In this document: piece after piece, positions 37,680 through 44,312 of the stretch
How the letters are laid out: every line of letters starts with the position of its first letter
Position numbering within the stretch: position 1 is the stretch's first letter
Assembly (NCBI GenBank): GCA_964519305.1
Contig: CAZFHY010000009.1
Location: 22,229 to 86,228 of the forward strand
From: Candidatus Undinarchaeota archaeon
GTDB lineage: Archaea; SpSt-1190; JASMDC01
DNA length: 64,000 nucleotides
Direction of reading: 5' to 3'
Program-made: the position numbers and the translations under genes
The notes under the pieces: generated by a model
What the model was told of the DNA's origin: nothing
Seen by the model: the letters and a program-made list of their open reading frames with translations, nothing else
Databases searched by the model: none

Positions 37680-37907
37680 TCAACTCACCTCGTCAACGCT
37701 GAGGATTATCTTAAGCCACCTGCAGGTGGCGTTCATTGCGGCACGAAGTGCAGTCAGATCGTCGGCCTCGATCAATATGTCGTCACCATCGAACCGAGTT
37801 CGTGCTCGCCGCTGCTCGTTAGTTCCTAGAGGCTGCGTCAGCACCGTGCGGACGAGCTCCGGTCGTTCCGTGGTCAGGCGGGCTGTGAAGGGGATAACAG
37901 GAGCCCC
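37680..37907 (-). CDS. pcc1: KEOPS subunit Pcc1-like ORF with an unresolved start
   Basis: The minus-strand frame is open from directly after the rpoP TAG to TGA 37682-37680. It encodes '...PFTARLTTERPELVRTVLTQPLG...DILIEADDLTALRAAMNATCRWLKIILSVDEVS', a Pcc1-like 'A.D..ALRA..N...RW' signature. There is no ATG/GTG/TTG before GTG 37844. Not in the ORF track. Confidence 0.5.
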   Translation of the reverse strand, partial: GAPVIPFTARLTTERPELVRTVLTQPLGTNEQRRARTRFDGDDILIEADDLTALRAAMNATCRWLKIILSVDEVS

Positions 37908-38045
37908 CTACTGGCACAGCACCGACTTGATGACCCGAGGTCGAGCCTTGGCCAGGATCTTATAGCCGCAGAACGGGCATCTGATCCGGCGCATCTCCGA
38001 GGTCGAAGGGTCGATCGTACGCTTGCACTTGAGACAGACGAACAC
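37908..38045 (-). CDS. rpoP: DNA-directed RNA polymerase subunit P (Rpo12)
   Basis: 45-aa zinc ribbon 'VFVCLKCKRT...RCPFCGYKILAKARP'. GTG 38045 lies 9 nt downstream of GGAGG. The longer track ORF overlaps rpl37ae. Confidence 0.75.
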   Translation of the reverse strand: MFVCLKCKRTIDPSTSEMRRIRCPFCGYKILAKARPRVIKSVLCQ

Positions 38046-38050
38046 CCGGT

Positions 38051-38275
38051 TCACCTCCGCCTCGTGGATGGAGCGTAAGCGCCTCCAGCGATCTTGACGC
38101 CACACTTGGTACAGGACCAGAGTCCTGCGTTGGCGCGCTTCAGCTTCGGAGCCTTGCACTGGGGGCAGACATGGAACGCGCGGGAACTGTTCTCTACCTT
38201 CGCCACCATCCTGCGGACCCTCTTACCGTAGCGGCAGCCGAAACGGCCGGCGCTTCCTACTTTCTTTGTTGCCAT
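38051..38275 (-). CDS. rpl37ae: ribosomal protein L37Ae (eL43)
   Basis: 'GSAGRFGCRYGKRVR' and the zinc ribbon 'CPQC...CTKCG'. Confidence 0.9.
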   Translation of the reverse strand: MATKKVGSAGRFGCRYGKRVRRMVAKVENSSRAFHVCPQCKAPKLKRANAGLWSCTKCGVKIAGGAYAPSTRRR

Positions 38276-38302
38276 GATGATCGCCTGTTGTCGTGATGTG
38301 AA

Positions 38303-38380
38303 TGGTGGGGCCGCCGAGATTTGAACTCAGGTCACTACCACCCCAAGGTAGGAGGATAGACCAAGCTACCCTACGGCCCC
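38303..38380 (-). tRNA. tRNA-Pro (anticodon GGG), CCA encoded
   Basis: The hand-folded cloverleaf has acceptor GGGGCCG/CGGCCCC, anticodon arm CTACC-TTGGGGT-GGTAG and T arm CTGAG-TTCAAAT-CTCGG. It ends with discriminator A plus CCA. Confidence 0.85.
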
Positions 38381-38414
38381 TTGATCACGTCTTGTGTGTA
38401 CCCTCCACCTCCTA

Positions 38415-38612
38415 TTAGGCCCTCTTGTACCGCGCGATCTCGCTCACGAGATCGATCTGCGAGAGGAGCATGCGCCTACAGCAGTATCGCATGACGTTCA
38501 GGTCGTTGAGCACCGTTTCGGGGTGCTCACCCGCGGCTATGCGGCTCTGGTACGTATCGAAGTGCTCAGAGACGGGTGCACCACAGGTAAAGCATCGTAC
38601 GGGGATAATCAT
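38415..38612 (-). CDS. rpoN: DNA-directed RNA polymerase subunit N (Rpo10)
   Basis: 'MIIPVRCFTCGAPV...MRYCCRRMLLS' is the canonical RpoN zinc-bundle sequence. The longer track ORF is discounted. Confidence 0.9.
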   Translation of the reverse strand: MIIPVRCFTCGAPVSEHFDTYQSRIAAGEHPETVLNDLNVMRYCCRRMLLSQIDLVSEIARYKRA

Positions 38613-38619
38613 TGTTCGC

Positions 38620-39021
38620 TCACCGGTATGACTTCTGTCGCCTCGACCGGGGCTTGGACCGGTTGGGCTTGGACTTCTCGGTGCGCCGGGGATCGGCCAC
38701 CAGGAGATGGCGGTCGTAGGTGAGGAAGAGGCGCTTGAGCTTCTCGTCCTCGGTGAACTCCACCAATCCCTTCGCGATGGCGAGCCGCACGGCCTCTGAC
38801 TGTGCGATCCGGCCGCCGCCGCTGACGTTAACACGGATGTTGACGCTCTTTACGGCCTTTCCCGCCAGGAGCAGGGGCTCACGGATGCGTTCCCGGGCAA
38901 AGGCGGGCGTGAACAGTTCCAGGGGGACGCTGTTGATCTTGATGACGCCCTTTCCCTTGGAGAGGGTGGCCCTCGCCGTGGATCTCTTCCGCTTGCCGCT
39001 CGTATGGATGATCTTGCTCAT
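38620..39021 (-). CDS. rps9: ribosomal protein S9 (uS9)
   Basis: 'TSGKRKRSTARATL' and the C-terminal '...SRRQKSYR'. ATG 39021 overlaps the rpl13 stop (ATGA). Confidence 0.9.
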   Translation of the reverse strand: MSKIIHTSGKRKRSTARATLSKGKGVIKINSVPLELFTPAFARERIREPLLLAGKAVKSVNIRVNVSGGGRIAQSEAVRLAIAKGLVEFTEDEKLKRLFLTYDRHLLVADPRRTEKSKPNRSKPRSRRQKSYR

Positions 39022-39449
39022 GACTCCCACCTGTCACGTGATATACCGAGCTCCCGGGAGATGTCCCCCAGGCGCATGTACTTTCCGGTGTTTGAGGAGG
39101 CGATATTGATATCAGAGATGGTCTGGCTCTCAATGTCCTTGAGGGCCTGGGGCTTGCCGATGAACACCTTGAGGCGGTGGAAAGCATCGCGTCCGCGCTT
39201 GCGCTTGTAGGGCAGCATGCCGCGGACCGCCCTACGAAGGATGCGGTCAGGCATACGGGGGAAGTGGGGTCCGTGATAGGGATGACCCCTTGACCGGCGC
39301 TGGCGGTAGCGACTGAGTATGTGATCGCGGCTGCCTGTGATGATGGCCGACTCAGCGTTTATGATGCTGATCTTCTCGCCCTCCAGGAGCTTTTTTGCGA
39401 CTTGGGCGGCCAACCGCCCCATGATGAGGTCCTTGGCATCGATGATCAT
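39018..39449 (-). CDS. rpl13: ribosomal protein L13 (uL13)
   Basis: 'IIDAKDLIMGRLAAQVAKKLLEG' and 'MLPYKRKRG'. Confidence 0.9.
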   Translation of the reverse strand: MIIDAKDLIMGRLAAQVAKKLLEGEKISIINAESAIITGSRDHILSRYRQRRSRGHPYHGPHFPRMPDRILRRAVRGMLPYKRKRGRDAFHRLKVFIGKPQALKDIESQTISDINIASSNTGKYMRLGDISRELGISRDRWES

Positions 39450-39452
39450 AGT

Positions 39453-39806
39453 CTACACCATCACCCGCACGTCGGTGCCCTTGGGGTGCTTCTTGACCAT
39501 CTCCTCGATGGAGAGGGTCTTGCCCCCGGCCTTTGTGATCTTGTCCCGGGCCTTCTCGGAGAAGGTGAGAGCAGCGATGGTGAGCTTGTGGTTGAGCTCG
39601 CCGGTACTGAGCACCTTTCCCGGAACAACGATGGTCTCGCCCTTGTTGGTATGGCGGTTGAGCCGGGAGAGGTTGATGACCGGTCTTCCCCGGGTCGGCT
39701 TAGTAAGCCGCTCGGAGAGGTCCTGCCAGATAGGGGCGTCTCCCTTGGTCCCAGCCCGCTTAAGGGCGATTATGAGCCTTCTGAGGTTATCGTCCGTCTT
39801 TTTCAT
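39453..39806 (-). CDS. rpl18e: ribosomal protein L18e (eL18)
   Basis: 'LRRLIIALKRA' and 'VVPGKVLSTGEL'. First gene of the L18e-L13-S9-RpoN cluster. The TATA cctataaaa on the minus strand is at 39889-39897. Confidence 0.9.
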   Translation of the reverse strand: MKKTDDNLRRLIIALKRAGTKGDAPIWQDLSERLTKPTRGRPVINLSRLNRHTNKGETIVVPGKVLSTGELNHKLTIAALTFSEKARDKITKAGGKTLSIEEMVKKHPKGTDVRVMV

Positions 39807-40004
39807 GGTCTCGACCCGTGAACTTGTGAAATCGCCGGTCCGAGGCGAGCATTGCCTCCCGGCTTGCCTTGCGGATTCAAAGACTAATGGTTTTATAGGT
39901 TGCGGTTAAGCGAGCCCAGTCTCCCGGGGGACGGAAGGCCAGTCCGGTCGTCGGAAGACTTCGTTCGCCATAACCTTTTTATCGCTCCCTAGCTGAACAA
40001 TGAT

Positions 40005-40089
40005 CACCCGGATGATGAGCTCGCGTTCCCGATGCCCCGGACCCGGCGGGTCCGGTCGCTGTGACGAGGATTTTGAGTTCTGACGGGCG
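40005..40089 (+). ncRNA. candidate C/D-box sRNA (atypically long, with an internal hairpin)
   Basis: C box GATGATGA at 40011-40018. C'-like GTGACGA at 40061-40067, an exactly 12-nt spacer, then D box CTGA at 40080-40083. Terminal stem CCCG (40007-10) / CGGG (40084-87). Its own TATA ctttttatc (39974-39982) lies about 25 nt upstream. Internal hairpin GGACCC-GGC-GGGTCC. Confidence 0.4.
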
Positions 40090-40133
40090 CTCCTCCGCTG
40101 CCTTTTTAAATGATATACCGGCGAGTCATTTGT

Positions 40134-40757
40134 ATGATCATCGCCACCGACCTCGAGGGGATCCTCATGCCCGAGATCTGGGAGCATATCGCCATAGAGA
40201 CCGGTATCGAAGCATTGAAGGTCACAACGCGGGACGAGCCCGACTTCGTGAAGCTCATGGAGCATCGCGTCAGCGTTCTTCGGGAGCATGATATCAAGCT
40301 ACCTGACCTCGTCGCCATGGCGCATCAGGTGGAGCCGTTCCTCGCCACCAGAGCGTTCCTCAAATGGGCCCGGACCAAGGGCCAGATCATGATCATCTCC
40401 GATACGTTCCAGGAGTTCGCCGACCATTTCATCGACGTGGTCGGAGCATACAACCTCTTTGCCAACAGGTTCCAGTTCGCTCCCGATGGCACCATCCTCG
40501 GATGCAACCTCCGGATCCGTGGCAAGAAGGAGCGCGTTACTCAGTCACTGAAGGATATCGGTTTCTTCGTAGTGGGCATCGGGGACTCGTTCAACGACAT
40601 CTCGCTGCTCAAGAGCTGCTCGTTCCCCATCCTGTACCGGACCCCCAGCGAGGTGACCAAGCAGTTCCCTAACGCGCCGCGGGTCACGAATCTCGATGAC
40701 CTCAAGAGCACCATCGAGGCCCTTCCGGACGAACCGAACGGGAACGGTTCCGCCTGA
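40134..40757 (+). CDS. thrH-like: HAD phosphatase of the ThrH type (phosphoserine phosphatase/homoserine phosphotransferase-like)
   Basis: 'IIATDLEGILMPEIWEHIAIETGIEALKVTTRD', 'ISDTFQEF' and 'GDSFNDISLL' align closely with my recollection of Pseudomonas ThrH. TATA tttttaaa (40103-40110) is centred about 27 nt upstream of the ATG. Confidence 0.7.
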   Translation: MIIATDLEGILMPEIWEHIAIETGIEALKVTTRDEPDFVKLMEHRVSVLREHDIKLPDLVAMAHQVEPFLATRAFLKWARTKGQIMIISDTFQEFADHFIDVVGAYNLFANRFQFAPDGTILGCNLRIRGKKERVTQSLKDIGFFVVGIGDSFNDISLLKSCSFPILYRTPSEVTKQFPNAPRVTNLDDLKSTIEALPDEPNGNGSA

Positions 40758-40761
40758 ATCT

Positions 40762-41154
40762 TCATAGGGAAAAAGGATACTCATCGGAATCACACTCGGA
40801 GTCCTCGCTCTCGACCGGTTCGTCAGGCGTGGTCGTGTACGCACCGATGAACCCTCCGACGAGATACCCAGTCAAGGAGAACGTAGGGCCAAGGACCGCA
40901 AGACCTGCGGCTGTCCCCGTGATGTCCATGCCCAGATGGACGATGGGACCCGCATCGTCGAGGTACTCGTGGTTGAGGTAATCAGTCCAAGCGTACCCGG
41001 TGAACGCGGCCAGACCAAGGCCGATATAGCCACCGATGCGAGCGCCGCCGAACCAGCCCACGCCGCCCAGGTCGTCGCTCACTTCATAACCATCAGCAGA
41101 CCGAGTAGTATCATGACCATCGGTCTCCAGATCCATGTCGAACATCATCATCAC
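40762..41154 (-). CDS. small acidic-N-terminus / Gly-zipper TM protein (paralog family member 2)
   Basis: 'M(MMM)FDMDLETDGH...YEVSDDLGG' followed by Gly-rich hydrophobic segments. GGTGA lies before the ATG run. The exact Met (41154-41145) is uncertain. Confidence 0.6.
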   Translation of the reverse strand: MMMMFDMDLETDGHDTTRSADGYEVSDDLGGVGWFGGARIGGYIGLGLAAFTGYAWTDYLNHEYLDDAGPIVHLGMDITGTAAGLAVLGPTFSLTGYLVGGFIGAYTTTPDEPVESEDSECDSDEYPFSL

Positions 41155-41272
41155 CGATTTTAGAGAGCCCTAACTATTCGGGACGCCTAATATACCTTGA
41201 CTTTGGGGGTGATAAGTAATGTCACACTGCGTGAAGTGACGATCGATACCTCTAACGCATGTTGTTATCGCA

Positions 41273-41608
41273 CTATTCCTCGGTAGCGATGAGGTATCCG
41301 GCGGTAGCACCGGCGGCAGTGCAGCCTACATAGAGCGCGATGTCAGCAGCGTCCATCGGGGGAGGCGCATAGCGCTCCTGGATCGCAGGGATCTCTCGCA
41401 GGAGCTGGGGGATTATGCCATCGCCGGGAGGGCCCGTGGGGCCCCGGGGTTCGAACGTATTGTGTACGAGCTCGGCCAGTCCGAGACCTAACAGCCCACC
41501 GGCGAGAGTACCGGTCACGGAACCTGCGTCCAGGTCATCGGTAATACCATACGTGGGAGATGCGTCGCTCTCACTGTATCCTTCTGTCATGAGGTCCATG
41601 TCGTACAT
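41273..41608 (-). CDS. small acidic-N-terminus / Gly-zipper TM protein (paralog family member 3)
   Basis: 'MYDMDLMTEGY...YGITDDLDAG' then 'TLAGGLLGLGLAEL'. I prefer ATG 41608 (SD GAGGTGG 6 nt upstream) over GTG 41617. Confidence 0.6.
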   Translation of the reverse strand: MYDMDLMTEGYSESDASPTYGITDDLDAGSVTGTLAGGLLGLGLAELVHNTFEPRGPTGPPGDGIIPQLLREIPAIQERYAPPPMDAADIALYVGCTAAGATAGYLIATEE

Positions 41609-41763
41609 CGCGTCCACCTCTAGCTTCCTACAGGCGTTCGGGCATGCAGTCCCTTCTTATACCTGCTCTTGGGAGCCGTCCGTCACACCGCTTCGCACGG
41701 TCCGGGCCCGCCACGGGGCAACCCTTTTAACCCTTGCCTCCCCAGTCCCGGACAGGGATCACC

Positions 41764-42147
41764 ATGATGCCGATGAACTCTCGCAACAGGCGCCAGATGC
41801 AAAAGATGATGAAGGGAATGGGGATGCAGGACCTCGATGTCAAGCGCGTGATCTTTGAATTCGGGGACAAGAAACAGGTAATCCTCAATCCTAAGGTCGT
41901 TAAGATGAGCATGCAGGGCGTTGACACATTCCAGGTGGTGGGCCAGGCCCAACTACTCAAGGAAGAGCCTGTCGTGGCCCCTACCGCAGCACCTGTCGCC
42001 GAGACCGAGCGCCCCGAGAAGCCCACTGTGTCCGAGGACGATGTCAAGCTCATCGCGCAGCAGACCGGTTCCAGTCTGGCCGATGCCCGGGCCGCTCTCG
42101 AAGAGTCAGGCGACCTCGCTGCCGCCATCCTCAAGCTGTCTAGCTAG
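41764..42147 (+). CDS. nac: nascent polypeptide-associated complex protein (archaeal NAC, NAC+UBA domains)
   Basis: 'NSRNRRQMQKMMKGMGM', a NAC beta-barrel segment, and a C-terminal UBA 'DVKLIAQQTGSSLADARAALEESGDLAAAI'. Confidence 0.85.
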   Translation: MMPMNSRNRRQMQKMMKGMGMQDLDVKRVIFEFGDKKQVILNPKVVKMSMQGVDTFQVVGQAQLLKEEPVVAPTAAPVAETERPEKPTVSEDDVKLIAQQTGSSLADARAALEESGDLAAAILKLSS

Positions 42148-42200
42148 TGCCCGCACCCGCCAGGGGAGAGCTTAAAACGATTTGCCCATGAAGTGGTCAC

Positions 42201-42674
42201 GTGCGCGAGCGTAGGATGCTGTTCGCAGAAGTACTCCTTATCCTATGCATAGTGCTCATCTACGACCAGCTCACCGGGATCGATCCCATGAACGTGACCT
42301 TGGAGAGCGGTGAGTCGATAGCGGTCGCCGGGAGCACGTTCGATTACATGGACGCGATCATCTTCATCATCACGTCCTTTGTCGCTGGTGCGAGCTTCGC
42401 ATTCCTCTTCCTCAGCGGAGATGAGAAGGAGGACACATCGACACCACAGACCGAGAGCGCACCGCCCGACATCGCTCTTCTGCTCACGCCTGACGAGCGG
42501 AAGGTCTACAAGAAGATACAGGAGAACGAGGGCCAGATGCTCCAGAAGGACCTGGTCGCAGAGATGCCGTTCGGCGGAGTTAAGGTCAGCCGCATCATCA
42601 CCCGACTGGAGAAGAAGGGCGTGGCCGTTCGCTACAAGCATGGCCTTACCAACCGGATCGCCCTCAAGACCTAG
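42201..42674 (+). CDS. two-TM membrane protein with a C-terminal winged-helix domain
   Basis: TMs 'VLLILCIVLIY' and 'IIFIITSFVAGASFAFLFL', then the wHTH 'ERKVYKKIQENEGQMLQKDLVAEMPFGGVKVSRIITRLEKKGVAVRYKHG'. Start is GTG 42201 or ATG 42216. Confidence 0.65.
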   Translation: MRERRMLFAEVLLILCIVLIYDQLTGIDPMNVTLESGESIAVAGSTFDYMDAIIFIITSFVAGASFAFLFLSGDEKEDTSTPQTESAPPDIALLLTPDERKVYKKIQENEGQMLQKDLVAEMPFGGVKVSRIITRLEKKGVAVRYKHGLTNRIALKT

Positions 42675-42781
42675 AAGACTTGTGTTCTTTCAGGTGTTTT
42701 CATCCAGGTGAAAGCAGCTTCACATCATTACCGGGAACCTTCTTTAACCATTTCAGCGCTCATTGTTCCCGGTTGATCACA

Positions 42782-43438
42782 ATGGGCGTATACCAGCGAA
42801 TATCTGACATGGGCAAGTGGAAGCGGATCGCTCTGATCGTCGTGTGCATCTTCGGCCTCTTTCTAATAGGGGCGGTCCACAAGCATCGCGGATCGATCTC
42901 GGACCTCTCGGACACACAGAAGGCAAGTATCCTTGCCATCGCCGAGGCCGAGATGGGCACGGAGGGTACTCTGACAGCGCTCGAAAAGGCGCAGACGCTC
43001 AGGACCTGGGATGGCGAGTACACGATCACTAATGTCTACTATAATGGCACTGACGGGGACGCCCTGCTCACCATCGATCTCGATTCGGAACAGGTCATCC
43101 AGCGTATCGAACGTCGTGGCTGGATGGCACATGACAAGTACCGTGCGTACGACCGATCCCGCAAAGTCAAACAGGGAAGCCCGGGTCAACCTCCGATCCC
43201 CGCGCTCTTGCTGGATAGACGTCACCGGGGTTCGGGAGGCCCAATCATCCCCCTCGTGGTCCTCGTCGTGCTCGCATACGGCATCGACTGGCTCTTCTTC
43301 TCGCGGAAGGTAGAAGAAGAGTTTGACCGTGATGAAGAATCCGATAATGTTATAATCTCCGAAGAAAAAGAGGCGCTCTCAGAGGACGAAGAGCCCGAAG
43401 AAGAACCTGTCAAGAAGAAGAAGAAGAAGAAGAAGTGA
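42782..43438 (+). CDS. bitopic membrane protein with a PepSY-like ectodomain and a poly-Lys C-terminus
   Basis: TM 'IALIVVCIFGLFLIGAV'. 'ASILAIAEAEMG...YTITNVYYNG...LTIDLDSEQVI' resembles PepSY. Second TM, an acidic tail, then 'KKKKKKKK'. Confidence 0.55.
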   Translation: MGVYQRISDMGKWKRIALIVVCIFGLFLIGAVHKHRGSISDLSDTQKASILAIAEAEMGTEGTLTALEKAQTLRTWDGEYTITNVYYNGTDGDALLTIDLDSEQVIQRIERRGWMAHDKYRAYDRSRKVKQGSPGQPPIPALLLDRRHRGSGGPIIPLVVLVVLAYGIDWLFFSRKVEEEFDRDEESDNVIISEEKEALSEDEEPEEEPVKKKKKKKK

Positions 43439-43484
43439 GCTGCGAGATATCGAATTCATGTGAGAGCCTGAGAGGAAATGTGCC

Positions 43485-44312
43485 ATGGCGGATAGAGAAC
43501 TGGAGAATAAAAAGACGGTGATCATCACCAAGCACATAACGAAAGAGTACCATCTGGGCAAGGTCATCGTCCATGCCCTCCGTGACCTATCTCTCGAGGT
43601 GGAGGAAGGCTCGTTCGTTGCCATCATGGGGCCCTCTGGTTCGGGCAAGAGCACGCTCTTGCACATGATCTCGGCCCTGGACCGGCCGACGAGCGGTCAG
43701 GTCATCCTGGAGGACGAGGATATCACTGCTGCCTCGGACCGACGTCTCGCCCGCATCCGGAACAAGCAGGTGGGCTTCGTGTTCCAGTTCTTCAATCTCT
43801 TCCCCACGATGTCCGCCCAGGACAACGTGGAGTTCCCCATGATGATCGCGAACATGTCCGGGAGCAAGCGAAGGAAGCGCGCAAAAGAGCTCCTGGAGCT
43901 GGTCGGCCTCGGCGAACGACGCCACCATACACCGGGTGAGCTCTCAGGCGGACAGCGGCAACGCGTCGCCATCGCCCGGGCGCTCGCTAACGATCCACCC
44001 GTGGTCTTCTGTGACGAACCGACAGGCAATCTGGACTCGACGGCCTCAAAAGAGATCATGGAGCTCCTGCACCGGTTGTGCAAGGAGCAGGGAAAGACCA
44101 TCGTCATTGTCACGCATGATCCTGCCGTGGGCGCGGTCACGGATCGAATGATCGAGCTGTGCGACGGACAGATCAGCAAGGATCAAAAGAACGGCAAAGG
44201 TGAGAAACATGACAAGGAAGAGAAGCCTGCAAAGAAACGATCGAAGCGGAAGCGTTCCGCTGTCAAGAAACGTCCGAAGAAGGCAAAAGGAGGAGTGAAG
44301 AATGCAGAATGA
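43485..44312 (+). CDS. ABC transporter ATP-binding protein (MacB/LolD class) with a Lys-rich tail
   Basis: Walker A 'GPSGSGKST', Q-loop, signature '[16 protein letters not shown]', Walker B '[11 protein letters not shown]', H-loop 'VTHD', and a ~50-aa K-rich C-terminus. Confidence 0.9.
   Translation: MADRELENKKTVIITKHITKEYHLGKVIVHALRDLSLEVEEGSFVAIMGPSGSGKSTLLHMISALDRPTSGQVILEDEDITAASDRRLARIRNKQVGFVFQFFNLFPTMSAQDNVEFPMMIANMSGSKRRKRAKELLELVGLGERRHHTPGELSGGQRQRVAIARALANDPPVVFCDEPTGNLDSTASKEIMELLHRLCKEQGKTIVIVTHDPAVGAVTDRMIELCDGQISKDQKNGKGEKHDKEEKPAKKRSKRKRSAVKKRPKKAKGGVKNAE

Noticed and set aside
37908-37910. Possibility that the rpoP TAG is decoded as pyrrolysine, giving an RpoP-Pcc1 fusion
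   Set aside because: TAG is used as an ordinary stop by many well-supported genes in this window (e.g. 3957-3959, 7293-7295, 22175-22177, 29560-29562, 42145-42147). A Pyl-recoded genome therefore seems unlikely. Readthrough remains only a minor alternative.
39905-39970. GC-rich stretch with two GGAAG motifs, considered as part of an SRP RNA or another structured RNA
   Set aside because: I could not assemble the conserved SRP helix 8/helix 6 features or any convincing fold by hand. It is too short, and there is no dedicated promoter in the right orientation.
39906-40289. 127-aa minus-strand ORF spanning the rpl18e-thrH intergenic region
   Set aside because: It overlaps the well-supported thrH-like gene and two TATA islands. 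It has no promoter or SD of its own. The region is better explained by promoters plus the C/D sRNA candidate.
41234-41248. Exact 15-mer AAGTGACGATCGATA shared with 61799-61813
   Set aside because: One or two exact 15-mer coincidences are expected by chance in 64 kb on both strands. The flanks do not extend the match, and the genomic contexts differ.
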